A DNA stretch of 64,000 nucleotides from Camelus ferus (Eukaryota). The stretch is taken from assembly GCF_009834535.1 (NCBI RefSeq), contig NC_045697.1, positions 17,486,001 to 17,550,000 on the forward strand. The letters run 5' to 3'. The notes beneath the pieces are model-generated. The model searched no databases, was not told the DNA's origin, and was given only the letters and a program-made list of their open reading frames with translations. Positions 1 to 12,725 of the stretch are shown here, piece after piece. A program made the position numbers and the translations under genes. Every line of letters begins with the position of its first letter. Positions within the stretch are counted from its first letter, which is position 1.

Positions 1-179
1 AAATTTCCAGCCTGATAGCCAGGCCTGCAAATTTTGGACTTGCAAGTCCCTACAATTGTATGAGTCAATTCCGTAAAATTCACTCGTCTCTCTCTCTCTC
101 CGCCCCCACACACAGAATCTGTATATGAACATGTTTACATCCTACTGGTTCTGTTCCCTGGAGAGCCCTGACTAATACA
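1..179 (+). mobile_element. MLT2-type (ERVL) LTR, 3' end
   Basis: Ends in 'cctactggttctgttccctggagagccctgactaataca', the MLT2 terminus. Confidence 0.8.
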
Positions 180-1879
180 AAACCTTATCTCAGTGGCAAT
201 GAGAAGAGCTCCTACCCGCCAAGCGCCTACTCCCTTCTTTTCTTGAACCATCTCGTGTAGCCTTCATAACGACTCCACGTGGTCAGCATCTCACCCCCCC
301 CCCACTCCTTACCAATGAAGAGAACAAAGTAAGTTGAAATAATTCACCCAAGGTCAGAAAGCTAGAAAGTGACAGAGAATGGAGCCAGCTTTCCAGTCCC
401 AGGCACTCACACAAATATTTCTGGATTAATCAGGCAATTCATTTTCTAAGGCAGTCGAAGAATGAATCATGGCAAAAATTAGGCAGCTGGCTATATTTTT
501 CAGGTGTGATGCTTTATTCATTGGGCAATAGCAGTCCACTTGTCAAGTATTATTTGAGTAGACATAGTATAACACCTTGAACTTGAAGAAGGAGGAAACC
601 TTACTATTTAGTGCATTTGCAAATTCATTACAGAGGGGACGCCACAACCTGTCACCAGGCAACTCCAAAACCAAGATCCATTCTTATGATGGAAGACAAA
701 ATCCTCTGCCTTTCAGTTGGGTTCTGTGTTTGGAGATGTTTGGGACTCGAGGTGATGCAGGAGAGGAGAGCAGTGATAAACGATTCTGAAGTCTGTGCTT
801 TCTCTTTGCACGCAATCCGGCCCCCAGGAGCATAAGCTGATGTTCCAGAGAGATAAAAAAGAGATAGCATTTGAGATGGCTGCCACCTGTCCCTGTGTGG
901 TATGTGCACCCTCGGTGCCATTTATTTCACCTGTCATATGGCCGTAAATATGTAAAACCTCGGGACAATCAGCTCTCCATCTTTCTCTGGGAAACTTTTT
1001 GTGAGCTTTGGAGGTTGGGAAAAAAAAAAAAAAAAAGACAGGGATCCTCCTTCTCAGGAGCTTATTTTTAGCTCCTATCTCCTCTGCAGAATGGCTAACG
1101 CCAACTCGAACTATTTCTGAAAAGAGTTGCTGGGGACAAAGTGGAGAAGTGGGTAGGCCTCCTCGAGCCAGGCTCTCAGAAGCAGGTGAGATGCAAGATA
1201 AAGCAATCGCTTTGCAGCCACCTTTGACGTAAGTGCTGGAGATTTCTTCAATTAGCTTAATCCTTCCCTCCTGACACGCATTTTATAGGAAAGCAAATGC
1301 CATCATTATCCTCCCCCGTTCTCTCTAATCCCTGTCTGCGTGGCTTGCCGACAGATGCTTTTCTGCCTGCCCGCGCTGCCTGCCTCTCCGAGCCCGGTGT
1401 CACAATGAGGCGGGCTGTGTGTGACAGATTGCTAAATCTGGCCTCCTCCAGGCAGGGGACTCGGTGTTCAAGTGCCACCGGCTGCTCCAGCCTCCCCTTG
1501 GGGCTGAGGCAGGCCCAGAAAGTTCTGCAGGGCTGCCTTGTGACTCAAGATATCCCTTGCAGAGAAGGCCAGCCGTCCACTGCTGGCAGAACCCAGTGTG
1601 GGTAACTTGCCTTGTTTAAGATTTAACTCTGGGACCCCGTCCAGGAAAAGCCTCTCTCATTCAGAAAAGAGCTACTAGCCCCAGATGCCACGACAAGAAA
1701 AGGCAATCACTCGATCGCCAGGGAACATCACTTGGTCCTGCCCTCCTGTCTAAACACAGCCAGCTCCTGTCTGTTCACTTATGCATCTAGTCATCTGTTA
1801 TTTTCACCCCTCACACATTTCCATTTCTTTTTATTTGAGGCCACTGTTTTGGATCTGGAAACTGCTATTAGTAAGAATT

Positions 1880-1964
1880 CAGCCCTGCCTCCAACTCCCT
1901 GTGTAACTTTTGAGCCAGTTTCTTAGCCTCAGTTTCCTTATCAGTAAATTGGTGAGCAATGCTT

Positions 1965-1997
<33 letters not shown>

Positions 1998-2090
1998 TTG
2001 TGACCTCTTTGGTGAGGATTGAGTACAATAATGGGTGTGAAATAAACGCGATGTATTGGTAGGACTAACCACAGCATATTTACATTACTG
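1880..2090 (+). mobile_element. MIR SINE interrupted by a (CT)n/T microsatellite
   Basis: 'agcctcagtttccttatcagtaaattgg' core, then (CT)n at about 1964-1990, then 'ggtgaggattgagtacaataat'. Confidence 0.7.
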
Positions 2091-2244
2091 TTACTACTAC
2101 TAGTGTATCTTTTGCTAGTGATTTGAGTTCATTAAAGAATTCCAGGCAATTTCATATAAAATTGCTTCAACTGCTAAAAAGTAGATATTATATCCCCCAA
2201 TTTTTTTTCAGATAAGGTTTGAAATACTTGAGGTCACTGAGGAT

Positions 2245-2487
2245 CAGGGGTTGGCAAATTATGGCCAATGGACCAAATCAGTTCATTGTCCATTTTTGTA
2301 AATAAAGTTTTATTACAACATGACCATGTCCATTTATTATTTATTGGAACACAACCGTGTCCAACTATATACATTGTCTGTGGTTGCTTTTGTGCCACAA
2401 AGGCAGAGTTGAGAAGTTCAGGTTTGCAAAGCCTAAAATATTCCTATCTTTTCCTTTTTTTTAACAGAAAAAGTTAGCTGACCTTTG
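2245..2487 (+). mobile_element. MER58A-like hAT-Charlie MITE inserted in a reverse MIR
   Basis: 'caggggttggcaaattatggcc...tttttgtaaataaagttttatt...gcaaagcctaaaatatt...acagaaaaagttagctgaccttt' with degenerate TIRs. Confidence 0.85.
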
Positions 2488-3862
2488 ACACAGACTGTAA
2501 GTGGTGGAACCAGGACTAAAATAATGTACATGTCTACTGAGCCACGCTGGGAACACGCCTTCTCTAAGTGAAAAAGAACAGTGGCAGTCAATGGAAAAAA
2601 CCCTGAAAATGTGTTTTGTGTGTGTGTTTAATTAACCTAAACCATTTCTCTGTGTTCCTTATGCAGAACTCACCGTGTACACAGCAGTGTCTGTACATTA
2701 GGGCTGAAGGAGATTCATAGCGTAGACCCCAGGGCAGCCCCCCACCCCTGCCGAGTTATAGTCCACCCAGCAAGCTCACGGTGGAGCCAGCATGGGGTCT
2801 GGAGCTTCCGATTGCAGAGGAACGTCTTACAAGGGCTTGTTACTTATTATATGTCTTTATCCCCCAAGATTCCCTTTTCCCATTCCCAGCCGCAACCTAG
2901 CCAGGGTAGCACTCTCAGAAGCTTATCGGAGTGCCGCAGTGTGGGTGGGGCTGCTCAGAGGTTCAGTGCCATCCATCCCATGGGCAGAAAACCCAGCTCT
3001 CTGGCCACTCCCTGCTTCCCTCCCTCCCCCACGATCTCAAGAGCCTGCTGTGTGCCGAGCCCAGTCCTGAGTGCTGGGGAGACACCAGTGCATGACGGGG
3101 TCCTGGCGCCAGCCCTCAAGGAGCAGAGGGGAGGACGGGGGTCACAAAGTAAAGAAATGATGCTAGAATAAGGTAAATTATATCTGCTAAGGGTATGCAA
3201 ATCATTTAGTAGTTCTAGAATGCCAATTTGAGAGGGAAGCCGATAGAAGTGCAGAAGCTGGAGACGTACGGAAAGGAAAGCCACTTCTGGGCCTTATGTT
3301 GCAGTCTGAGGAGTGTGGAGGGCTTCCTGATGGCAGAAAGGAGTCCTCGACAGTTCAGAGCAGGGGGTGCCCTCAGGCCTGACCTTCCTAGCTGCAGGGC
3401 TCCCAGCCTCTGCCTGGTCCTCATCCCTTCTGACCCCAGTATCTGCCCCACATGGCTCCGTCCACAGCTCACTCTCAGGCAAACACCTCAGGCCTGGTGG
3501 TGTGTACACTGAACACAGCTCTGCCTTCAGGCGAATGGACGCAGGGAGAGGTCCAGTGCAGGCCCGGAATGGGCTCAGAGCTGGAGAATCGGGAATGCAG
3601 GGCCCCGGGTGTCTGGATCACAGTCTAGAATTATGTGTGTGGGGAGTAGGGGATAGGGGTTCACAGCCTTCGGAGAGAACATCCCCTTGGCCTGCAGACC
3701 CTTTGTCTATGGGGAAGGGCGCAGCTGAGGAGAGCCAGAGCTGGACCCTACAACGTGTGGAGCCCAGGAAAGAAGCCCGAGGGTAAGGAGGGTGCCGGGT
3801 CACCTGATCAGGTTGGGCAGGGGTGGGACGTGAGGCAGGCTAGTTGAAAGGCTGCTGCTGTA

Positions 3863-4055
3863 ATACTAATGACTACATATAAAGTAGATAAACAATAAGG
3901 GCCTACTAAAGAGCACAGGGAACTATATTCAATACCTTGTAATAGCCTATAATGAAAAAGAATATGAAAGGAGTATGTATATACGTACAACTGAATCCCT
4001 ATGCTGTACACCAGAAATTAACACATTGTGAATTGACTATACTTCAATTAAAAGG
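3863..4055 (+). mobile_element. 5'-truncated lineage L1 3' end with TSD
   Basis: 'agcacagggaactatattcaataccttgtaatagcctataatg...gactatacttcaattaaaa'. TSD is aggctgctgctgta (3849-3862) / aggctgctgttgta (4056-4069). Confidence 0.9.
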
Positions 4056-4537
4056 AGGCTGCTGTTGTAGTTCGTGGGATGCTGATGGTGATCTGAACCG
4101 ATATGGAGGAAACAGGGCTGCAGGGGAGAACAATTCAGGAAGAGAAATGGACTGGTCCGACCCTCCTAGCTGGTGCTGCTGTCCTGCCCTCGGCCCGTCT
4201 GATGAGGTCACACACTGGCTGAAGAGGCTGCTGCTGAACCCCAGGGCAGCCCTGAACACAGGGGATGACAGAACAAGAAATACAGGGTTCTGATTAAAGC
4301 AGATGCTTCTCTGAGGAAGCGAGGTCTGAAGGATGGCTCTGGGTCCGCCAGTGTGAGAGGGTAGGGATGGGAGGTGAAGGAGGGAGGCAGGGAACAGTGT
4401 TTCAAACAGAAGGGCTGCCAGGAGGTGAAGACACAGTGATGCCGGCCCCAGTTCTTCCTGGCAGGAGTGACAGAGGAAGGTGACAAGTGGCAAAAGGTAA
4501 GCTGGGCCCAGGCTGCCTGGGGCATTAGTATACAGCT

Positions 4538-4602
4538 CTGTGTGTGTGTGCCTGTTTGCATATGCGTGTGTACGTTTGTGTGTATGTGCGTGCGCACATA
4601 TG
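4538..4602. repeat. Degenerate (TG)n microsatellite
   Basis: Alternating purine-pyrimidine tract. Confidence 0.75.
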
Positions 4603-5964
4603 CTAGGCAGAGGGAAAGAGCATATAGGGAATACCTCTTCAAGTGCTGTGTGGAAGTCTGCACGTCCCCCAGCAAGTCAGGGGACTGTCAGCCTCGATAC
4701 TCACCCCCTCTTTCCTGTGTGGGGACGTAAAAGTTCAGAAAAGAATTCAATCTCAATGAGCTGAAGATAAAAAACAACAACAAACAACAACACACACATG
4801 TACACGGTAGGCTGAAAAAGGACCGCAAACATCTCTTCATCCCACACAGTGAAAATAATTTGATCTCTGACCCAATGGAGCTTCTGAAATGCGGGCAAAA
4901 CTGAGTAACTTAGATGCCAATCATGCTGTTTTTAATGAATTCTTCAGACGTTAATGTTTGAGGCTGAGATAGTCCCAGAGGACTCCTGGGTCAGTTATTT
5001 ACCGTTGGAACATTGTGTATACTTTCTTTGCACAAAACAGGGCCCACTTCCAAAGAGATATTATGTTTCCTCCATCAATAGAGCTTGATTTTTATGGGTG
5101 TTTAAAATCGCACTACCAAGACCTACTGGAGTTATGGTAGGTGTTGAATGGCCTCCAGGATGGGAGTCTGCCAATGTCCATCATCTTCACGAGCTCAAAT
5201 GCCCTAAAATACTGCCCTTGACATTCTTCCCAGAAAGACCAGCCTTGCCAATTCTTCAATACACTTGAAATAAGAAAGAATCTTCTGAAGATTGCAAAGC
5301 ATTTTGGAAAGAATGGTGCACTTCCCTCGGGAGGTGCTGGTTGCCCCTCTTTAATTCTGGGCTGCCTTATTCAGTGGCAACTTCTACTCCATCTCCTCGC
5401 TGCCAACCCTCTTGTTTTCTCTTTTATCATTAACACAGTTTTTAACATGAGTTGGTGTAATGCCTAAAATTAAGTTCCCATCTTATGGGCTGCCTTGACA
5501 TTTGGTAAAATCAGAAAGTCTTCAAATGGCCAAACCCAGTGTGGTTTCCCCACTGCTTCTGCAAATCAGAGCCCCCAGCCAAACAATACACCTTATTAAA
5601 CAGACTGAGTGTAGTTCTTCCTTATCCCTGAGTAGCAGGTTTCAATTCCTTGCTGGTCTGAAGAATGATTCAAACAAGCGTTTTGTATCCTCCCTCTGGA
5701 ACCAGGGGTCACCTCACCCTTTTGATACTACAAAGCCTGCTGCCCACAGCCCCCTGTGGTTCACTCTGCTTCCTAGTGCAACCCTCTGTGGCTCTGCAGG
5801 GCCCAGTGTCCTCCCTAGGGCTGTGAGTGAATGTGACCAAGGGATTGCTTTTGGGTTCACCTGCCCAGTGTCAGGTATCATGCATTTAGCATTCATATAG
5901 GCCTAGGGAGAGAATCCTCCTTGCTAACAGGCTGAATAGGAGGCAATTAAAACAATGGGAAACA

Positions 5965-6120
5965 GACAAAGCTGGATTCAAGTCTTCATTGTATGCTACC
6001 CTAGTTTTTAGCTGTGTGGCTTGGGCAAATTATCTTAACCTCTCTGAGCCTGAGTTCCCTCAGCTGTAGTGCAGGAACTGCCTTATGGTTTATTGAGAAG
6101 ATTAAGTGGGATAATATATT
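5965..6120 (+). mobile_element. MIR SINE
   Basis: 'gctgtgtggcttgggcaaattatcttaacctctctgagcctgagttccctcagctgta'. Confidence 0.8.
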
Positions 6121-6560
6121 CAACCAACTTTTCCTGAAGACTTCCTAGGTACAAGGAGCAGGGAACGCATCAAAGAACAAGACACACAAGGTTTTTGTCC
6201 ACCTAGAACTGATACTGTAATGGGGGACACAAACAATAAGCATCTGAAAATTGATGATCTAGTTATAGACAGTGTGAAGTTCTATGAAGAAAGAACGTAA
6301 TCAAACCAGAGGAGTGAAATCGCACATGATGGGCCAGAGGGTTGAGGGAGATAGAATAGATGCGGATAACACAGAGGTTCCTCCGGTGGGACCATTAGAG
6401 CTGAGACCTGAATGGAGGGGAGCCAGCCATTGGAAGATTTGGGGAAGAGCTATTACAGGCCGAGGGAAGAGCAAACGCAAGTACTCTGAGGTGGGAGCAA
6501 GCTGAGCATGTCAAAGCAACCCCAGAGAAATCAGTGTGGCCGAAGTATAAGTGAGGGGGA
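6120..6560 (-). mobile_element. L2 LINE fragment
   Basis: 'gagctgagacctgaatgg...ggggaagagc...aggccgagggaagagcaaacgcaag...tgaggtggga', typical of reverse L2. Confidence 0.75.
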
Positions 6561-6999
6561 GCATGATGCTTAAGGACAAGCAGGCACCTCCCCAGCAAGC
6601 CCTTCAAAGTCAAAGCTCTGCCATTGCAACAGCTGCAGTGCATCATGGGAAAACAAGCTCTGTACATAATTCAGAATCAGAAGGGTCACAAAGGGCAGAG
6701 CTGGGAGGAAGAGGAGGGTTTCTTACCTGAATGGCCTGACCAAGAGTATTTCTGAAGAAATGAAGCCTCTTCTGAGATCAGATAACAAAGAGGACTAAAC
6801 TGAGTTTTGGTAAATAGAGATTCTATTGGGAACTGCCTCCGTGAATAATTAATAATTACTTGAAGCTAGCCCCTCACGTGACGGAAACACCGAGCTTCTA
6901 ATAGTTATTTTTAAAGTTCTGGGAAAGAGTTTGACTTCTCCAGTGCTTGACTGGGCATAGATGTCTCTGGATTTGCATCTGACCTCCATTTCTTTCTAG

Positions 7000-7200
7000 A
7001 AGCACAGAGCTTGGACAAAGTTCTTGAAGGAGATAAGCCTCAGTTTCCTCATGTATAAAATGGAAATAAGGACAGTGATGATGATGGTGATGGTAAAGAT
7101 AGATGACAGTAGCACCAATCTTCAATGGCTATTGGAAAGATTAACTGAGATAATCTCTAGGAAACTCTGAACATACCATATGTGGCTCTGATAAGAGTCA
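7000..7200 (+). mobile_element. MIR SINE
   Basis: 'gcctcagtttcctcatgtataaaatggaaataa...aagattaactgagataat'. Confidence 0.75.
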
Positions 7201-7429
7201 TCAAAGTTAATAAATTCAATATTTTCTGAAATGTTTGTTCATTATTAATTACTTGTTTTTTCAACACAAAGGTTAAAGTTACAATTGTCTTTGGTTGGAA
7301 TTGTTACACATTGTGAATTATTGGGATTCTATCAAAAAAAAAAAAAGATTTTCTATTGTCCATCTGTTCAGTGCTCCTTGAAGTTGAGAAAACTTATCCA
7401 GATTGTTTTGTGGTTGCCAGTCTTAAAAT

Positions 7430-7800
7430 TAAATAAAATATTTTTTCCGTTAAAAATAATACAGCTCCACTATAGAAATTATAGAAAATACAGACAAGTA
7501 TTCAGAAGAAAATAAAAGTCCACCCATAATTTCATGCACCGAGAGGCGACTAACATTTTCCCTCTTAGATTTTCCTCTATGCATTTTAGAGTCTAGCTTA
7601 TATCTTATATATTATCTTTATCCCTCATTTTCAAGTTAGCATTATATCATAAACATTTACATGTGTCATTGAAGATTTCGCTAAACATTTTTTAATGGAT
7701 ATATCATATTCTATTACTTGGATTTACCATAATTTTCCTAATGATTTTCTTACCACTGGCTGTTTGGGTTATCTGCTATTATACACTTTTTAATTATATC
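7430..7800 (-). mobile_element. Old L1 (L1ME-like) 3' fragment
   Basis: AT-rich 'tttttaatggatatatcatattctatt...tttaccataattt' pattern. Confidence 0.5.
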
Positions 7801-7956
7801 ATTTATTATAATACCTCTGGGATAGCAAATGAGCACATCTGCTGTCCAGCTCCACAGATCTGGGTCCCTTATCAAAGACGGTAATTTCTTTGATGATTTT
7901 CTCAATAAAGATCATTGCTACCTCCTTTAGGGAAGGAAACACAAGTATTATAGAAT

Positions 7957-8152
7957 AAGGGTTGGTAAACTATAGCTTGTGGGCCAAATCTAGCCAGCCT
8001 GCTTTTGTAAATAAAGTTTTATTGGAACACAGCCCTGCTCTTTGCTTCCATGTTGTCTATGGCTGCTTTCATGGTACAAGGGTAAAGTTGAGTAGTTTAG
8101 ACTTGCAAAACCTAAAATATTTACTGACTCTTTACATTTTTGGCTAATTCCC
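7957..8152 (+). mobile_element. MER58A-like hAT-Charlie MITE
   Basis: 'gggttggtaaactatagcttgtgggccaaatc...ttttgtaaataaagttttattggaacacagcc...aacctaaaatatttact'. Confidence 0.85.
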
Positions 8153-8597
8153 AGTATTAGAATGTGAAGGAGCTCAGGCTTTTTCATTGAAAACCCAATA
8201 ATTCTAAACCATGCACTTTAAAACAATATTTAAAAAATGTCTTCCTTTAATTTATGTTGTTAAAAAACAAGCCTAGATGAAATTAATGTATAATAATAAA
8301 ACAGTCAAAATCAAATAAACCTCCAAATGTAGACTTCATGGGTGTACCTCCATCATTCTATTTTAGCATCTTAGCCTGGACCAGGCAAAGATTGATAGAA
8401 CAGAAGAGAAACTCAGGGACAGACTAAGGCAGGTATGGAAACCTTATCATAATAAAGATGCCACCAAAAATCAATGGGGAAGAGAAAGATTGCTCTATAT
8501 ATGGTGTTGGCATATGGCATGAGACAGGAATCTGATTCACATTATACACAAAGATGAATTGCAGATTAAGACCTAAATGTAAAAGGTAAAGTTATAA

Positions 8598-9098
8598 AGT
8601 GGGTTCTTAACATAGATCCTTTAAGTAATCTGGGGAAATCTACAGACTGCTTCTCAGAATAATGTTTTTAAAGGCATACAATGAAATAGGATTACCAAGT
8701 AGAATACCTACTACCAATAGGATTGCAAATGTAGAAATGTAGATATTTAGAAAATTGTAAAGTAAAATACATGCTTCCTTTTTTTTTTTAGGGGGGGAGG
8801 TAATTAGGTTTATTTATTTATTAATTTTTTAATGGCGATACTGAGACTTGAACACAGGACCTTGTGCAGCTAAGCATGTGCTCTTCTACTGAGCTACACT
8901 GTCCCCGCCATGCTTCTTTATTAAAGCATTACTTGACAAGATCTAGCAGTAAATCTAATAACTAAAGCAATTTTGAAATAGTGATGAGCACAAACAAAAT
9001 TTTGGGATATCTATAACAAATGTAATAAAAAGTAAAAATATTCTTAATTTATTCAAAATTCACTGACCCCTTTAATGCCTTCTGGGTTAAAACCCCTC
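8598..9098. mobile_element. hAT-Charlie-type non-autonomous DNA transposon (family uncertain)
   Basis: Termini 'gtgggttcttaac'...'ggttaaaaccc' are inverted. Internal 'ttctcagaataatgtttttaaa', 'acaagatctagcag' and 'tagtgatgagc' match a recalled Charlie-type MER. Confidence 0.7.
8778..8908 (-). mobile_element. Camelid-type tRNA-derived SINE with TSD
   Basis: Reverse strand reads gggacagtgtagctcagtagaagagcacatgcttagctgcacaaggtcctgtgttcaagtctcagt...aataaataaataaacctaattacctcccccc plus A tail. TSD catgcttc at 8770-8777 and 8909-8916. Confidence 0.85.
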
Positions 9099-10009
9099 CC
9101 TAAAGCTGATATAAGTGGAGGAGATTATTTTTGTGTTCTTAAGGCTAGGGAAGAACTTCTAAGAGTGGCCCCCAAACACACAAAGAATTGATAAATTTAT
9201 CTCCATTAAAATTCAGTGGCTTTGTTCAACAAAGCTCACCAGACTGTAAGAAAGGTGACAGACCAGGAGGAAACTTGTGCAACCTCCAAGACCAACCAGG
9301 GATTAATGTCTAGGGCGTACGAGGAGCTTCTGTAAATCAAAATGGAAAAGGCAGGAAAACCAGTGGAAAATGGGTAAAGGATACGATAAAAAAACACAGA
9401 AGGAAAAATCTTGAGCGTACAATAGTTAGTATCTGGTGAGATGCTTGACATCACTTGTAACAAATGAAAAATTAAAATATGAATGAAATAGATACTACTT
9501 TGCACCCTCCCACTTTCCATAAGTAGAAAGCCTGTTATTACCACGTGTTGACAAGGATGTGGGAAAATGAGAATCTCATGCACTGTTGATAAAATATAAG
9601 CTTTTAGAATCATTCTTAGAACAATCCAGGAATACCTCCTGAAACTAAGGAGCTCATATCCTACGACCCAGCTTTCCTGTCCTGAGTATGTGAACAGGGA
9701 ACTCCGACACACTCTCATGTTAATACGTATGAAGATCTTGATCTCAGGCGCTGTGAGTGGTAGCGGATACTGGAGGCAACTTGATGTAAACGTAAAAGTG
9801 CATACTAATGTTGCACTCCATCGTACGTGTACAGCCGTAAGGTGCAGGGTAGGATCTACCTAAACAATCCAGGTACACCTTTGACTTATAGTACTGAGTG
9901 AATAAAAAAGCAAGAACACAAAGAGATTTTTAGCACAATATTGTTGAGTAAATTAAAACCGCAAACACACAGGAAACAACATTATGTATTTCATAAGGGA
10001 CCCGCATCT

Positions 10010-10552
10010 TGAGAGTGAATATAGAATCAGACAATGGCCAGACCATGCTTAAAAATATGCCTATGACCTGCCACCTGCAGCAACCTGTCCAGGAAACCAG
10101 CAGTTACCTACAGTAACCAGCCTAGGAAGACAGCCTGCTGTAAGTCACGCTTGTGGGAAGTCAGACTGCTAAACAAGCCAGGAAGCCAAACAGCCACTTC
10201 TGTAACACCTGACTCCAAGTGACCAGGACTTGATTTACTAACTGACGGCTTCTCTAATTTTTGTCCTCACTTCCAACTGAGGAAACAAATCCCAGGAGGC
10301 TAAATATGAGCCACTAACCAATCACATAGGACACCTTGCTTCTACTCAGTCCACCTCCAGCTTCCCAAGCCAACAGCCCCTCATCAGGGCACACCTGAAG
10401 CCTTGCCTTCTTTCTATTAAAAACTTTCCCCCTCCTCTGGCTGCCTTGGAGTCGCTGCCAAAATGCAAGTGGCAGTGGCAGAATTGCTATAGCAAACTCG
10501 GAATAACGAGCCTTGGCTTGTTCTCATTTGGTTAGTCTGTCTTTATCCCCCA
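10010..10552 (+). mobile_element. Solo ERV LTR (MER90/MER110-like; family uncertain)
   Basis: Starts 'tgagag', has repeated 'ccaggaagcc' units, a CCAAT box (taaccaatca), TATA-like ctattaaaa and degenerate poly(A) signal gaataac, and ends '...tttatccccca'. Confidence 0.75.
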
Positions 10553-11864
10553 GAGATCTGTGAGGCACATTTGAGTGGGGCCCTTTGTGGTGTGGAATGA
10601 ATGGGAGTGGAGATCAGAACCTTGCCTGGGTCCATGCAATTCCATGCCACTAACTGAGGAAGTGATGAGCTAAAACTCTAGGAGGCCCACGATAAATAAA
10701 CAGAAACATTTTAAAATTAGGTCATTTTCACTTCTTTCTGCATTGTGCCTTTCTTCTCTCCTCCTGTCCCTTTCCAGGCTTCCCTCTGCTTGGGCTTGGG
10801 GGCTAAGTATGCAGATCATTCTTTAGCCAGATGGAAGCGCTCAAGTCATGAAAGGAGATTGCACCCTCCACTGGCTTTTCAGGACCAGAGGGTAGCAGAG
10901 GTTCAGATGACTCGTCAAGGGCCCTGCTGATCCTGAACTCTTCTAAGAAACTATCTGAAATGGCTAAGGCAGAAGTAGTCTTGAATCTAGATTTTCCTGC
11001 CTGCGGCCGGGTTTTATCTCTGTTAGAGTGGAGTTTAAAGCCCGTGTCCCCCTTCTTACCACTCAGTGCTAGAGATTAAAGGGAAAAAATAGCCCCAATG
11101 ATTTCATCTCACTCTTTTTCAGTGAAAATTACTTTTCAGAACTATTAAATCTTCTGTGAAGGTTATAATAGAGGACTCAGGTTCAGTTTAGCCCATTTAT
11201 TAAGATATAGGCTTCCAAGCCCTAATAGAAAAAATAAACAAACAACTGGCAGTTTACCTGGATTTATGCACAGTTTGTCTAATCAATCAATCTGTAAACA
11301 TTATGCAGATGTGTGTAAACCCAAGCCTAGCCCAGACTTTACGTATGCATTGTTATGTAAACGATCAATCTTGTTAACGCAAATATTAATATAAACCTGA
11401 CATTAAACACAAGTTTACACAGCCTTGCTAGTTGAAGGCAGCTTGATTTACATTGAAATGTAAATAGCAGCGGTGCTCTTTTTGGGGCTTTGGAAAACAG
11501 ACTGACTAAAGCTCATTGGGTGGTCTGTCCCCACCAGATTCCTCAGACACACTCCCAAACTCTTCATTCAATGCCTCCCGTGAGGAACTGGGGAGAATTT
11601 GGGCAGCAACCCAGGACCTTGTGCCTACTGGTGGCCGTGGTTTTGAGATCTCGGCTCCCCAGGACCTCCTGGGGGCCACCTCTAGGACCAGAGGGCCCTA
11701 GTCTCCGAGCCAACAGTGCAGGGAGCATCACTCACAAGAGTTTCCACTCCCACATGGGCTGAGGGTTTGCAGGCAAGCTGCTGGGCCAGCAGGACTGGCT
11801 ATTAGGTGGTCTGGGGGCAGCTCTGTGAGGGCGGGCCTTCACTCCGCCCCACACCTCCTTCCTC

Positions 11865-12148
11865 TTATCCTTCAAGTCTGTTTTAAATGTCACCTCTTTG
11901 CACAGACCTTCCTTGACTGTCCCTCCTCAGCTGTTCCCTATAACAGCACCCTGTACATCATGTTCATAACACTTTTCTCAACTTGTGATGACATGTTTGT
12001 TTACTTCTGCGTTTGTTGTTGTTGTCCACCTTCCCCACCTATGAGCTTCATGGGATCAGAGCCACGCCTCTTCTGTTCATCACTTTATCCTCAGTGCCAG
12101 GCATATGGGATACACTTAGAAAGATTTTGTTGGATGGATGAATGGGTG
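11865..12148 (+). mobile_element. L2 LINE 3' end
   Basis: 'aaatgtcacctct...ccttccttgac...cactttatcctcagtgcc...tgttggatggatgaatgg'. Confidence 0.8.
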
Positions 12149-12524
12149 GACACTCACCCACTCTGGAACCTTGTTACTTAGCACAAAGTTCTATATTTCC
12201 ACAGGCGGCCTCAGGAAATCGCCCAGTTCTGTCTTTTCTTTAAGAGCTGAGTTCTGCTCTCAATAGACTGAGAGTCTGCCAGGCCTTGCCCCAACGCCTT
12301 CTGCCAGAGCTGGCTCCTGTTCTCTGAGCTCCTGCCACGGCATGATAACAAGAACAGCAGAAGGAGAAGGAGCTGTCAACACGCAGTAGGTCCAGGTTCT
12401 GTACTAGGGGCTTGACACCCGTCATCTCATCTGAACTTGAATCTTCAAAGCATATTCTTCAAAAGACCAGGCCTTTAACAAGGAGTCCAAGGTAACAGGA
12501 CTCAAGTAGGGGCAGCAGTTCAGG

Positions 12525-12725
12525 AACCAGATTTGAAGTCAGCTAGATGTGAGTTGGAATCCTGACTTTGCTAGCTGTGGATCTTGGAAAAGATGCTTCG
12601 TCTGAGCCTCCTTTTCCTGAGCTGTCGATTGCATCGGGGAAGTGAATGTTTGTTTCTTAGGGTTGTTGTGACACTGAAATGAGATTGAGTGTATAGCACA
12701 AGCATTTAGCAAATATTGGTGTTTA
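12525..12725 (+). mobile_element. MIR SINE
   Basis: 'gagttggaatcctgactttgctagctgtg...tctgagcctc...agggttgttgtga'. Confidence 0.7.

Larger units (their letters stand above)
8375..10000 (+). mobile_element. Old degenerate L1 (ORF2 3' part and 3'UTR), interrupted by a DNA transposon and a SINE
   Basis: L1 landmarks 'gattaagacctaaatgtaaaaggtaaagttataaa', 'ttgataaatttatctccattaaaatt', 'ggattaatgtctagg' and 'tgttgacaaggatgtggg'. Confidence 0.75.

Noticed and set aside
8778..8908. tRNA-like A/B boxes (also at 18324-18360)
   Set aside because: They are SINE heads with A-rich tails and TSDs, not tRNA genes.
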